A stretch of DNA of 32,000 bases from positions 2,970,001 to 3,002,000 of the forward strand of contig NC_010814.1 of NCBI RefSeq assembly GCF_000020385.1, in the 5' to 3' direction. Made by a program: the position numbers and the translations under genes. The DNA comes from Trichlorobacter lovleyi SZ. Its GTDB lineage: Bacteria > Desulfobacterota > Desulfuromonadia > Geobacterales > Pseudopelobacteraceae. Within the stretch, counting starts at the first letter, position 1. Each line of letters begins with the position of its first letter. The notes beneath the pieces are model-generated. The model saw only the letters and a program-made list of their open reading frames with translations. It did no database searches and was not told where the DNA came from. This document shows positions 16,203-26,129 of this stretch, one piece after another.

Positions 16203-16664
16203 TCAATTCCGGACCTGCATGGCACTGATCGCTTCCCGGGCCAGGGTATCGCAACGTTCGTTCTCGGCATGGCCGGCATGGCCACGCACCCATTGCCAGG
16301 CAACCTGATGCGGTTTGGATGCCTCAACCAGCGCCTCCCAGAGATCGCGGTTAAGTACCGGTTCTTTCTTGCTGTTTTTCCAGCCGTTGCGTTGCCAGCC
16401 CGGCAGCCACTCCGTCATTCCCTTGACCAGATACTGGGAATCCGTCGTTATCGTTACCCGACAGGAGCGGGTCAGCTGCCGCAACCCCTCCAGGGCGGCT
16501 GTCAGCTCCATACGGTTATTGGTGGTCTCGGTCGCAGCACCGGACAGCTCCTTTTCCTTGCCGCGGCAACGCAAAATAGTGCCGTAACCGCCGGGACCCG
16601 GATTACCGCTGCAGGCGCCGTCACAGAAGATCTCCACCTCAGTCAAGCTGTTCTGCTGTTTCAA
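16203..16664 (-). CDS. rnhA: Ribonuclease HI
   Basis: Motifs: [52 protein letters not shown]. These carry the DEDD catalytic pattern of RNase H1. The start is a TTG at 16664 with GAGGA 6 nt upstream; no in-frame ATG lies upstream of the conserved core. Confidence 0.9.
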   Translation of the reverse strand: MKQQNSLTEVEIFCDGACSGNPGPGGYGTILRCRGKEKELSGAATETTNNRMELTAALEGLRQLTRSCRVTITTDSQYLVKGMTEWLPGWQRNGWKNSKKEPVLNRDLWEALVEASKPHQVAWQWVRGHAGHAENERCDTLAREAISAMQVRN

Positions 16665-16676
16665 AGAGCCATCCTC

Positions 16677-16704
16677 AAAAAGTAACGGTCGTCCTGGCCG
16701 TTAC
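16677..16704 (-). terminator. Hairpin plus T-tract after the acyltransferase gene (terminator or attenuator)
   Basis: On the minus strand: GTAACGG-CCAGGACGA-CCGTTAC followed by TTTTTGAGGA. The T-tract runs directly into the rnhA RBS. Confidence 0.45.
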
Positions 16705-16706
16705 GC

Positions 16707-17366
16707 TTACTTTTCCGCACGCCCGACATAGGCACCTTCCTGCTTCAGCAATGCAGCAATTGCATCCATCAACCGTTCAACAATCAGCTGATGAGTTTCC
16801 TTGCAGTCCTCCAACGCAAACAGATCGTCAAAGCTGATCTGTGAGCCAAAGACAATCGCCCCCCTGGCCCCCAGGCCGGGAAAACGCCAGTGATTCAGCC
16901 CCACCAGAGCTGTGGGGATCACCGTTGGCCGGGTATCGAAGATAAGCTTGCCCACCCCCCGGTTGCCCTGTCCCAGGCGACCGTCCTTATGGCGGGTGCC
17001 TTCAGGAAAAAGCATCACCTTCTGATCCTGCAGCAGGTCGTTCAGGACCTTGCCGGCCTTGACATCCCGGCCCCGTCTGACCGGAAAGGCCCCCCAGGAT
17101 GAATAGATCAACCGCTGAAACGGCTTCCGGAACAGTTCTTCCTTGGCCGGTGCCCAAAGCATCTGCAGGGGGTGACTGCGCAGAACGGCCCAGGGTAAAA
17201 AAATGGTCTCATAGGCAGAGATATGGTTGGAGGCCAACAACACACCGCCTGATGCGGGAATGAACTGTCCTCCCCGTACCTCCAGGCGGTTCAGCAACGA
17301 AGCATATATACCGACAACATAGGCAGAGAAGGTCACCCAGACCCTGCGCAACAATGATACCTTCAC
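16707..17366 (-). CDS. Lysophospholipid (1-acyl-sn-glycerol-3-phosphate) acyltransferase family protein
   Basis: PlsC-family blocks are present: NHISAYE (HX4D-type motif with E in place of D), FPEGTR and a downstream PTAL block. The start is uncertain. GTG 17366 is preceded by AGAGGTGA with a 7-nt spacer and gives an N-terminal TM helix. The ORF-track start at 17447 is a TTG without an RBS. Confidence 0.75.
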   Translation of the reverse strand: MKVSLLRRVWVTFSAYVVGIYASLLNRLEVRGGQFIPASGGVLLASNHISAYETIFLPWAVLRSHPLQMLWAPAKEELFRKPFQRLIYSSWGAFPVRRGRDVKAGKVLNDLLQDQKVMLFPEGTRHKDGRLGQGNRGVGKLIFDTRPTVIPTALVGLNHWRFPGLGARGAIVFGSQISFDDLFALEDCKETHQLIVERLMDAIAALLKQEGAYVGRAEK

Positions 17367-17478
17367 CCTGTCACCTCTAAATAATGCAGAAAAACGACGG
17401 CTGCACAGCAGAGAATGTATAGCATGCAACTGACGATTCGGCAACAATCCTGCAGCTTTTTTGAAAACAAGGCACTGA

Positions 17479-17507
17479 TTGCACTAACCATGAAGATAAC
17501 GTATACT
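17479..17507 (+). promoter_or_regulatory. Sigma70-like promoter upstream of the EAL-HDOD/GGQ/mutS2 operon
   Basis: TTGCAC (17479-17484), a 17-nt spacer, then TATACT (17502-17507). It lies in an AT-rich divergent intergenic region, about 50 nt upstream of ATG 17559. Confidence 0.4.
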
Positions 17508-17558
17508 GAATTTTCTTTTAAACATTACTGCCAGTGACTGAACAGGTTACCACCCACT

Positions 17559-18794
17559 ATGGATCAGACTGAACAAAAATACCTGATCGGACGTCAACCG
17601 ATCCTGAATCGCGATGAGCAGATCTGCGCCTATGAACTGTTGTTCCGCTCCGCCGATTCACTTTGCACCGCCAATGTCAGTGATGCCTCGCAGGCCACCG
17701 CCAGCGTCATCCTGAACACCCTGGCCGGTTTTGGTATTCAGCAGATTCTGGGCAATCATCTGGGATTTATCAACCTTGAGCTGGATATCCTGATGAGTGA
17801 CTCTCTGGAACTGCTGCCCAAGGATATGGTGGTACTGGAACTGCTGGAAACACTTGAGGTAACACCGGAGCTGCTGGAACGCTGCCGTGAGCTGAAAGAG
17901 GCCGGATTTGTGCTGGCCCTGGATGATCACGACTACGACCCGGTCTACGAAGAGCTGTACAAGATTGTCGAAATCGTAAAGGTCGATCTGATGGCCACAC
18001 CGGTAGACACATTGGGCGCAACCATTGAGTGCTATCGCAACTATCAATTCAAGCTGTTGGCAGAAAAGGTGGAGTCCAAGGATGAGTTTCTGAAGTGCCT
18101 TGATCTGGGCTTTGACTACTTTCAGGGCTATTATTTTGCCAGGCCGGCGGTGATTGAAAAGAAGAAGATCGATGAAGGCGGCGCAGCATTGCTGAAACTG
18201 ATGCGTCAGATGATGGATGATGCAGATATTGAAGAGATTGAAAAGACCTTTCGCAGCAGTCCCGGCCTGACCTACAAGCTGCTGCTGCTGGTCAACTCCG
18301 TCTCCTTTGCCGGCCTGCAGAAGATCCAGACCGTACGTCACGCCATCAGCATGCTGGGGCGTGCCCAGATCAAACGTTGGGTGCAACTGGCCCTGTTTGC
18401 CACCGATGACAGCCATGCCTCGGAAAATCCTCTGGTGGATATGGCAGCGGTACGGGGCGGATTCATGGAGCAGATGGCTACCGTCTGTCCGCGCCTGCGG
18501 GGCAATCAGGAGGCACCTGATCAGGCCTTCATGACCGGTATCCTGTCACTGCTTGAATCACTCTATGATATTCCGATGGGTCAAATAGCCGATGAACTGA
18601 ACCTGTCCGAAGAGGTACAGCAGGCCCTGGTGAACCGGGAAGGGGTCTTCGGCCGCCTGCTGGCCCTGGCCGAGGCCCTGGAACAGGTTGATTTCACAGC
18701 AGCTTCCGAGCTGCTTGGGGCGTTGTCAATTCCGTACAGCACCGTGATGGAGGCCCAGGTAAAGGCCTATAACTGGCAGGCAGGCATGCGGTAA
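17559..18794 (+). CDS. EAL-like domain plus HDOD domain signal-transduction protein (COG3434 / YuxH type)
   Basis: The N-terminus [22 protein letters not shown] is typical of this family. Also seen: [19 protein letters not shown]. The C-terminal half shows an HDOD-like pattern ([14 protein letters not shown]...[17 protein letters not shown]). The canonical DDFGTG block is replaced by LDDHDYD. Confidence 0.8.
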   Translation: MDQTEQKYLIGRQPILNRDEQICAYELLFRSADSLCTANVSDASQATASVILNTLAGFGIQQILGNHLGFINLELDILMSDSLELLPKDMVVLELLETLEVTPELLERCRELKEAGFVLALDDHDYDPVYEELYKIVEIVKVDLMATPVDTLGATIECYRNYQFKLLAEKVESKDEFLKCLDLGFDYFQGYYFARPAVIEKKKIDEGGAALLKLMRQMMDDADIEEIEKTFRSSPGLTYKLLLLVNSVSFAGLQKIQTVRHAISMLGRAQIKRWVQLALFATDDSHASENPLVDMAAVRGGFMEQMATVCPRLRGNQEAPDQAFMTGILSLLESLYDIPMGQIADELNLSEEVQQALVNREGVFGRLLALAEALEQVDFTAASELLGALSIPYSTVMEAQVKAYNWQAGMR

Positions 18795-19168
18795 TGGCAA
18801 ACCCGCTTTTTGCAGTCAGCGATCAGAAAAACCGATGGCTGGTATCCCGCATGGCAGAGCTGGGAGTAAAAGAGGAAGAGCTGGAGGAACAGTTTGTACG
18901 CGCGTCCGGCAGAGGCGGTCAGCACCTCAACAAGACCTCATCCGCCGTTCAGGTCCGCCATCTGCCCACCGGCATTGAGGCGCGCTGCGGCCGCGAACGG
19001 AGTCAATCCCTAAACCGCTTTCTGGCCCGCCGGGAACTGCTTGAAAAAATAGCCCGCCATCTGGGGCTCGTCACCGAACAAGACCGGGAACTGGCCCGGA
19101 TTCGTAAACAAAAAAGCCGCCGCAGCCGTCGTTCTGCCGCCAAACAACAGACCAACAAAATCCCATGA
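18794..19168 (+). CDS. Stand-alone peptidyl-tRNA hydrolase (GGQ) domain protein: release-factor domain 3 only, with a basic C-terminal tail
   Basis: [38 protein letters not shown] closely matches the class-I RF / RF-1 domain core, with GGQ at 18914-18922. The protein is only 124 aa, so codon-recognition domains are absent. The tail is [19 protein letters not shown]. Its ATG overlaps the upstream TAA (TAATG) and its TGA overlaps the mutS2 ATG (ATGA). Confidence 0.85.
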   Translation: MANPLFAVSDQKNRWLVSRMAELGVKEEELEEQFVRASGRGGQHLNKTSSAVQVRHLPTGIEARCGRERSQSLNRFLARRELLEKIARHLGLVTEQDRELARIRKQKSRRSRRSAAKQQTNKIP

Positions 19169-21522
19169 TCCCACACACGACCCTTAGCCGCCTTGAATTC
19201 AACAAAGTCCTGCAGTCCATTGCGAGCCATGCACGCAGTGATATCACTGCACACAGCATCATGGCCATGCAGCCCTCCCGGCAGCCCCAGGAGATCCGCA
19301 CCAGCTGGCAGCGTATCGAAGAGATCAGGGACCTGCTACGCCAACGGATCTGTCTGCGGATCAGCCGTTTCAGCGACATCCGCCCGCTGCTTGAAGCGGT
19401 CCGTCCCAGTGGTGCCATCCTCTCCCCCTTTGAACTGCTGGAATTCATCCCGGTACTCGGTTCGCTGGCCGAGCTTGCCAGACAGCTGGCCCCGCGTGAG
19501 GATATCCCGGCCCTGAAGCTGCTGTCCCCCTTTCCGGTGGCATTCAACGACATCCTTGAGCCGCTTGCCGCCACCCTGGATGACGAAGGCAACATCCTGG
19601 ACAGCGCCTCGCAGGAACTGTCCCAGATTCGCAAGGCCAAGCGCACCCTGGCGGCACGAGTCCGCAAAAAGCTGGAAGAATTTGTCCGCAGGCATGAGAC
19701 CGCCATCTTTTTGCAGGATGACTTCATCACCATCCGCTCCGGCCGCTGGGTCATTCCGGTCAGGATGGACTCAAAGGGGATGGTACCGGGAGTGGTGCAT
19801 GACGTCTCATCCTCCGGTGAGACCGCCTTCATGGAGCCGCTGGAGATCATCCCCTTTGTCAACGAGCTTGAAAACCTCTCTGCCGAAGAAAAGGCCGAAG
19901 AGATCCGCATCCTGCGGCGCCTCTCAGCCTGGATTCGTGAGGATGCCGAACAGATCGGCGCCTGCTTCAAGAGCCTTGTCGAGCTGGACCGTCTGGATAG
20001 TGTGGCGGCGTTTGCCGAAAAATTCAGCATGTCGGTCCCGGAGCTGAACCAGAACGGCTCTCTGCGCCTGCTATCAGCCCGTCACCCGCTCTTGCTGGTG
20101 ATGCGGGAGCAACAGCAGGATACTACGCCGATTGTGCCGCTGGACCTGGAGCTGGGCAACGAAACCAGAGTGTTGACAATCAGCGGCCCCAACGCGGGCG
20201 GCAAAACGATCGCACTGAAGACCGTCGGTTTAATCACTGCCATGGCCCTGTCCGGGATGCCGGTACCTGCCTCACCCTCCTCATCTATCCCGTTGCTGGA
20301 TGCCCTGCTGGTGGATATTGGCGATGATCAGTCGATTGAACAGAGCCTTTCAACCTTTTCAGCCCATGTTGCGGCCATAGCCGGCATTTTGGGCCAGACC
20401 GGCAGCCGCAGTCTGGTACTGCTGGATGAGCTGGGGACCGGTACCGAGCCGCTGCAAGGGGCCGCCATCGGCTGCGCGGTGCTACATGAGCTGCAAAGCC
20501 GCGGCGCGCTGGTGCTTGCCACAACCCACCTGACCGAGATTGTCGGTTTTGTGCAGCGCAGCCAAGGGATGCAGAACGCCGGAATGGAGTTTGACAGTGC
20601 CACCTGGACCCCGCTCTACCGCCTGGTGATGGGTGAACCGGGGCAGTCCCATGCCCTGGAAACCGCCCGGCGCTACGGACTGCCAGAATCTGTGCTGCAG
20701 TTTGCCCGTAACCTGCTGGGAGACGCCGGCACCGCCTTTGCCGGTATCATTGACGAACTGCGTCAGAAACGGAACGCCCTGGCAGATGAACTGGACAGAC
20801 AGCAGCAGGAGCGCCAGCGGCTTGATGGTCTGGCTATGGCATTGAAGCAGCAGGAGGCTGATCTTGTCCGTCTGAGACAGGAAACCATTGAAAAAGCCCG
20901 CCAGGATGCACGGGACACCATCACCGCTGCACGGCGCGAGATGAATCAGTTACTGGAGCAATTCAAGCAGGATCGCCGCAAGGAAACAGAGGTAAAATTC
21001 AGGCAAAAGGCAGAAGAACTGGAGGCCAGCTTTGCTCCGACCGGGCAGCAGGCTCCATCCGCTGATGCGCTACAGCCAGGCAGCATCGTGCAGGTGCGCT
21101 CTCTTGGGCGGGAAGCCACCGTCATCAGCATTGACCAGGCCCGTCACAAGGTGCGGGTCAGGGCAGGCAGCATTGAGATGGAGGTACCGCTGCACGGCCT
21201 GATTATCGGCACTACTACAGCTGCCCCCAAACCACGCAAAAATGTGCCTGAGATCAACATGAAGCGACAGACTGAAGAGGCCGCCAACGATCTGAACCTG
21301 ATCGGCAAACGGGTGGAAGAGGCGTTGATTGAGCTGGAAGGCTTCATTGACCAGGCAATCTTGGCCGGGCAGCGGGAAATCAGGATTGTCCACGGTATCG
21401 GCACCGGCACCCTGCAGCGGGCCGTGCGGGAATTTCTGGGTCGCCATCCCCAGGTGGCAGCATTCCGCCCCGGAGAACCCCACGAAGGCCGGGATGGCGT
21501 CACCATAGCGGAGTTGGCTTGA
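19165..21522 (+). CDS. mutS2: MutS2 (MutS-family ATPase with C-terminal Smr domain)
   Basis: The 785-aa protein has Walker A GPNAGGKT, a MutS domain V pattern ([16 protein letters not shown]), a long coiled-coil region and a C-terminal Smr domain ([20 protein letters not shown]...GVTIAEL). Confidence 0.93.
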   Translation: MIPHTTLSRLEFNKVLQSIASHARSDITAHSIMAMQPSRQPQEIRTSWQRIEEIRDLLRQRICLRISRFSDIRPLLEAVRPSGAILSPFELLEFIPVLGSLAELARQLAPREDIPALKLLSPFPVAFNDILEPLAATLDDEGNILDSASQELSQIRKAKRTLAARVRKKLEEFVRRHETAIFLQDDFITIRSGRWVIPVRMDSKGMVPGVVHDVSSSGETAFMEPLEIIPFVNELENLSAEEKAEEIRILRRLSAWIREDAEQIGACFKSLVELDRLDSVAAFAEKFSMSVPELNQNGSLRLLSARHPLLLVMREQQQDTTPIVPLDLELGNETRVLTISGPNAGGKTIALKTVGLITAMALSGMPVPASPSSSIPLLDALLVDIGDDQSIEQSLSTFSAHVAAIAGILGQTGSRSLVLLDELGTGTEPLQGAAIGCAVLHELQSRGALVLATTHLTEIVGFVQRSQGMQNAGMEFDSATWTPLYRLVMGEPGQSHALETARRYGLPESVLQFARNLLGDAGTAFAGIIDELRQKRNALADELDRQQQERQRLDGLAMALKQQEADLVRLRQETIEKARQDARDTITAARREMNQLLEQFKQDRRKETEVKFRQKAEELEASFAPTGQQAPSADALQPGSIVQVRSLGREATVISIDQARHKVRVRAGSIEMEVPLHGLIIGTTTAAPKPRKNVPEINMKRQTEEAANDLNLIGKRVEEALIELEGFIDQAILAGQREIRIVHGIGTGTLQRAVREFLGRHPQVAAFRPGEPHEGRDGVTIAELA

Positions 21523-21525
21523 ATC

Positions 21526-21837
21526 ATGAGTGAATTTATTATTGAAATAACCGAGGAAGAGATCAAGCGTGAGCGGGAAAAATCCCGCGAACTTCGTCGC
21601 AGCCGCTGGTGGAAGAACCGCCTGGCCCAGGGGGTCTGCCACTGGTGCGGCAACCGCTTTGCACCGGACGAGCTGACCATGGACCATATCGTACCGGTCA
21701 CCCGCGGCGGCAAGGCCAGCCGCAACAACGTGGTACCGGCCTGCAAGGAATGCAACAGCCGTAAGAAATACCTGCTGCCGATGGAATGGGAAGAATACCT
21801 GAACAAGGCCCGGCAACCGGATGAGGACAAGGCATGA
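21526..21837 (+). CDS. Small HNH endonuclease
   Basis: CHWCG...DHIVPVTRGG...NNVVPACKECNSRK gives an HNH/HNN beta-beta-alpha-metal finger with two CxxC pairs. It starts 3 nt after the mutS2 stop, and its stop overlaps the next ATG (ATGA). Confidence 0.85.
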   Translation: MSEFIIEITEEEIKREREKSRELRRSRWWKNRLAQGVCHWCGNRFAPDELTMDHIVPVTRGGKASRNNVVPACKECNSRKKYLLPMEWEEYLNKARQPDEDKA

Positions 21838-22460
21838 CAGCACGTTACAAGGCGGTAATCTACGACTGCGACGGGGTGATTCTGGATTCCATCGAATCAA
21901 ACTACATCTTCTACAACCGCATCATGGCCGGGCTGGGCAGACCGGAGATCGACCGGCTCTGCACGGAATCTGAACGGGTGCTGCACACCTTCTCCTACCT
22001 GGATGTGATTGAACATTTTTTCGGCCGTGATCCCCAGAAGGAAGAGGCGATCGCCATCGGCAAGACCATCCGCTACAAGGAACTGATGCCGTACATGCGC
22101 AGGGAAGAAGGGCTGGTGGAGACACTGAGCGCGCTGAAAGGAAAGGTTGAACTGGCCATCTGCACCAACCGGGCCGCCTCCATGGAGATGATCATTGAAG
22201 ACTTCGGGCTGGAAGGGTTCTTCGGCTGCATCATGACTGCCGCCAAGGTGCAGAACCCCAAGCCGCACCCTGAACCGCTGTTAAAGGTCTTGCAGCACTA
22301 CGGCATCGCCCCTCAGGAGGCGCTGTTTGTGGGGGACAGCCGGGTGGATATGCAGGCTGCAGCCGCAGCCGGGGTGCCGTTCATCGCCTACAAATCAGAT
22401 CTGCCTGCCCTGGCGGTGATTGAACGGCATGAACAGCTTCTGGAGCATGTCTTCGGCTAA
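21834..22460 (+). CDS. HAD-superfamily hydrolase (phosphoglycolate phosphatase-like, subfamily IA)
   Basis: Motif I is IYDCDGVILDS (DxD). Motif II is the T in ICTNR. Motif III/IV is K...VGDSRVDMQAA. There is a 4-nt overlap with the HNH gene. Confidence 0.85.
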   Translation: MTARYKAVIYDCDGVILDSIESNYIFYNRIMAGLGRPEIDRLCTESERVLHTFSYLDVIEHFFGRDPQKEEAIAIGKTIRYKELMPYMRREEGLVETLSALKGKVELAICTNRAASMEMIIEDFGLEGFFGCIMTAAKVQNPKPHPEPLLKVLQHYGIAPQEALFVGDSRVDMQAAAAAGVPFIAYKSDLPALAVIERHEQLLEHVFG

Positions 22461-22466
22461 AAAATA

Positions 22467-22493
22467 ACAGGGCCGTTTCCGGCCCCTTGTTTG
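22467..22493. terminator. Bidirectional rho-independent terminator between convergent genes
   Basis: GGGCCG-TTTC-CGGCCC (22470-22485) is followed by CTTGTTTG on the plus strand and by TGTTATTTTTT on the minus strand. Confidence 0.6.
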
Positions 22494-22547
22494 AGAGTAT
22501 GCTTCTGGACAGTAACCTGCCAGAGACAGCAGCCAATTCCCTTCCAG

Positions 22548-24494
22548 TTATGCAAATAACCGCACAGCATCCCGCCCACTTACTTTTGCCTGGTACATTG
22601 CAGTATCGGCATTTTTACACAATGTAACCTCGTCAGGGCCATGCTCAGGAAAGACCGAAATACCGATACTTGAAGAGATGCCAAGGGAAAGAGTATTAAG
22701 TATAAACGGCATGTTCAGTGAAGTACGTATTTTTTCAGCAACCACCAAAGCATCTTGCCCATCTTTAATATTCTTTAAGAGCACCACAAACTCATCACCA
22801 CCAATGCGCGCCACAGTGTCAGACTCCCGAATAGGCAGTTTAATTCGGTTTGCCACTTCCTTCAGCAACAGATCGCCAACGGCATGACCATAATTGTCGT
22901 TCACCGGCTTGAATTTATCCAGGTCGATAAACATAATGGCTAAGCATTTTCGATCACGTTTTGCCTCGACAAGTGCCTGTTGAACACGGTCGCTGAACAG
23001 GGCGCGGTTGGGTAGCCCCGTTAAAATATCGTAATGGGCCATTTGCTGCAGCGTTGCTTCCATCTTCCTGCGTTCGGTGATGTCGACAAACGTAATGACC
23101 GCCCCGACAAGCCTATTATTTGTTATCTGAGGATGTGCCCATATCTCGACCGGGAAGCAGGAACCGTCAGAGCGCCACAATGTTTCACTGTCCAGATGGA
23201 TCTGAAGACCGTCATGAATTGCGCGATGAAGACAACAGTTTTCAACCGGAAACGGAGTCCCGTCAGGATACGAGTGATGCGTGAGCTGATGCACATTTTT
23301 CCCAATGACCTGCACCAGGTCTGTGTAACCCAGCATTTTGAGAAAGGATGGATTGGCAAAGGTGCTGTTGCCATCCAAGTCAATGCCGCAAATGGCTTCA
23401 GCAGCCGAGTTGAGCAGGAGACGCACATTTTCTTCGCTGTTTTTCAACGACTCCTGCTGTTGTAAACTTTCGGTAATATCACGGAGTATCCCAACGGAAT
23501 GCCACTCACCATTAAGCAGGAATGCCGACAGAGAGTGTGATACAGCAATCTCTTGACCATCCTTCCGTATGGCAAAAAGACTGCGAATCTTTCCAACTGC
23601 ATCACCACTTCCCGTATGGAAAAAATTGGGCAGCGCTGCTTGGTACTCTGCATGGTAACGTTGGGGTACCAGCAACTCATGGAGGTTTTTTCCCATAACC
23701 TCTTCGGAACGATAGCCCAGCATCTGTTCAGCGGCCGGGTTCCAGTAGGAAATAGCCCCCTGAGGGTCCATTATCATGATGGCATCACCGGCCGTATCGG
23801 TAATAGCGCGTAAACGTTCTTCACTGTCTCTGAGGAGCCCCACAGAGATTTCTAAATTTTTCAAGGTTGGCCGGAATATGAATAAAAAAACCAGAAAAAG
23901 TATCAGCAGGTCGACAGCGAGGATACTGTTTTGCAGATGAGACAGGAGCTTGATCCGTCTTTTGGCATCCTCATCAAAGCGGAAGGTGATTTTTTCCATG
24001 ATCGACAGAAAAGCAGGCTCATTAGCAAACATGACATCAACTGTACGTTGCAACAAACCATGATCAAGCGTTTCCCGCTTGCTCTTTTCAAGTAGCGTTG
24101 CCAGTGCCTGGACTATCTTCGCATGATACGGTTCAACGGCAACAAACAGTTCCTTTACCTGCAGCGTATTATCACGGCTTGGCAGACCCAGCTTGGGGTC
24201 GCCATGCTGCAGTCCAAGGTGAACAGCCTTTAAGTCATATAATGATTTCGACAGGACCTCTAGCTGATGTTTCTGCTCCTTTGGGTCTTTTGTGTAGGCA
24301 AGGGCAAGCACTCCTTTTGTGATGCGCTGACTCAGCATGCGCTGACGTCCGGAGAGGTTTATTACCCTTGCAACATCTTCATGGTTCTTAATGGCGCTAC
24401 CCATGAGCAAGGCCGACAAAAAGATGGTCAAGCCGATAAATGTCAATGCAATACCGTAAATCAGTTTGAGGTTATGGATTTTCTTTTGGTCCAT
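22548..24494 (-). CDS. Diguanylate cyclase with PilJ/NIT-type N-terminal sensor, TM, two PAS domains and intact GGDEF plus I-site
   Basis: NLSGRQRMLSQRITK is the PilJ-type helical sensor signature. Two PAS domains follow (DAIMIMDPQGAISYWNPAAE...; EAICGIDLDGNSTFANPSF...). GGDEF is intact at 22788-22802, with RESD (RxxD I-site) five residues upstream at 22818-22829. Confidence 0.9.
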   Translation of the reverse strand: MDQKKIHNLKLIYGIALTFIGLTIFLSALLMGSAIKNHEDVARVINLSGRQRMLSQRITKGVLALAYTKDPKEQKHQLEVLSKSLYDLKAVHLGLQHGDPKLGLPSRDNTLQVKELFVAVEPYHAKIVQALATLLEKSKRETLDHGLLQRTVDVMFANEPAFLSIMEKITFRFDEDAKRRIKLLSHLQNSILAVDLLILFLVFLFIFRPTLKNLEISVGLLRDSEERLRAITDTAGDAIMIMDPQGAISYWNPAAEQMLGYRSEEVMGKNLHELLVPQRYHAEYQAALPNFFHTGSGDAVGKIRSLFAIRKDGQEIAVSHSLSAFLLNGEWHSVGILRDITESLQQQESLKNSEENVRLLLNSAAEAICGIDLDGNSTFANPSFLKMLGYTDLVQVIGKNVHQLTHHSYPDGTPFPVENCCLHRAIHDGLQIHLDSETLWRSDGSCFPVEIWAHPQITNNRLVGAVITFVDITERRKMEATLQQMAHYDILTGLPNRALFSDRVQQALVEAKRDRKCLAIMFIDLDKFKPVNDNYGHAVGDLLLKEVANRIKLPIRESDTVARIGGDEFVVLLKNIKDGQDALVVAEKIRTSLNMPFILNTLSLGISSSIGISVFPEHGPDEVTLCKNADTAMYQAKVSGRDAVRLFA

Positions 24495-24613
24495 CGAACG
24501 GGAATCCTTTTCGTCCGTTGTGGCGGTCCATACTGCATGTTTAATCTTATAGCATAAATTTTCACTGTTGGTTTGGTAACGTTGTCAATGAACAACCTGT
24601 ATGGGCACCAGAC

Positions 24614-24645
24614 AAAAAAAGTCCCCGCCTCAGGCGGGGACTTTG
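24614..24645 (-). terminator. Rho-independent terminator after ntrC
   Basis: On the minus strand: AAAGTCCCCGCC-TGAG-GGCGGGGACTTT followed by TTTTTTTG. It lies 37 nt after the ntrC stop. Confidence 0.85.
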
Positions 24646-24681
24646 TCAACAGTCCGTGAGGTCGTTTCCGGCCCCTGTACG

Positions 24682-26124
<1,443 letters not shown>

Positions 26125-26129
26125 ACGGT

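Noticed and set aside
17471-17484. GGCAC-tgat-TGCA, resembling a sigma54 -24/-12 element upstream of the EAL-HDOD operon.
   Set aside because: The GG-to-GC spacing is 2 nt shorter than the invariant spacing of TGGCAC-N5-TTGCA, so it should not be functional. Other near-matches at 8462-8476 and on the minus strand near 8085-8099 fail the spacing or the GC dinucleotide in the same way.
21526-21837. HNH gene as a homing endonuclease, or a mobile or restriction element.
   Set aside because: There is no intron/intein context, methyltransferase or flanking repeats. The gene is locked into an operon by a 3-nt gap and a 4-nt overlap, and it has the same composition as its neighbours.
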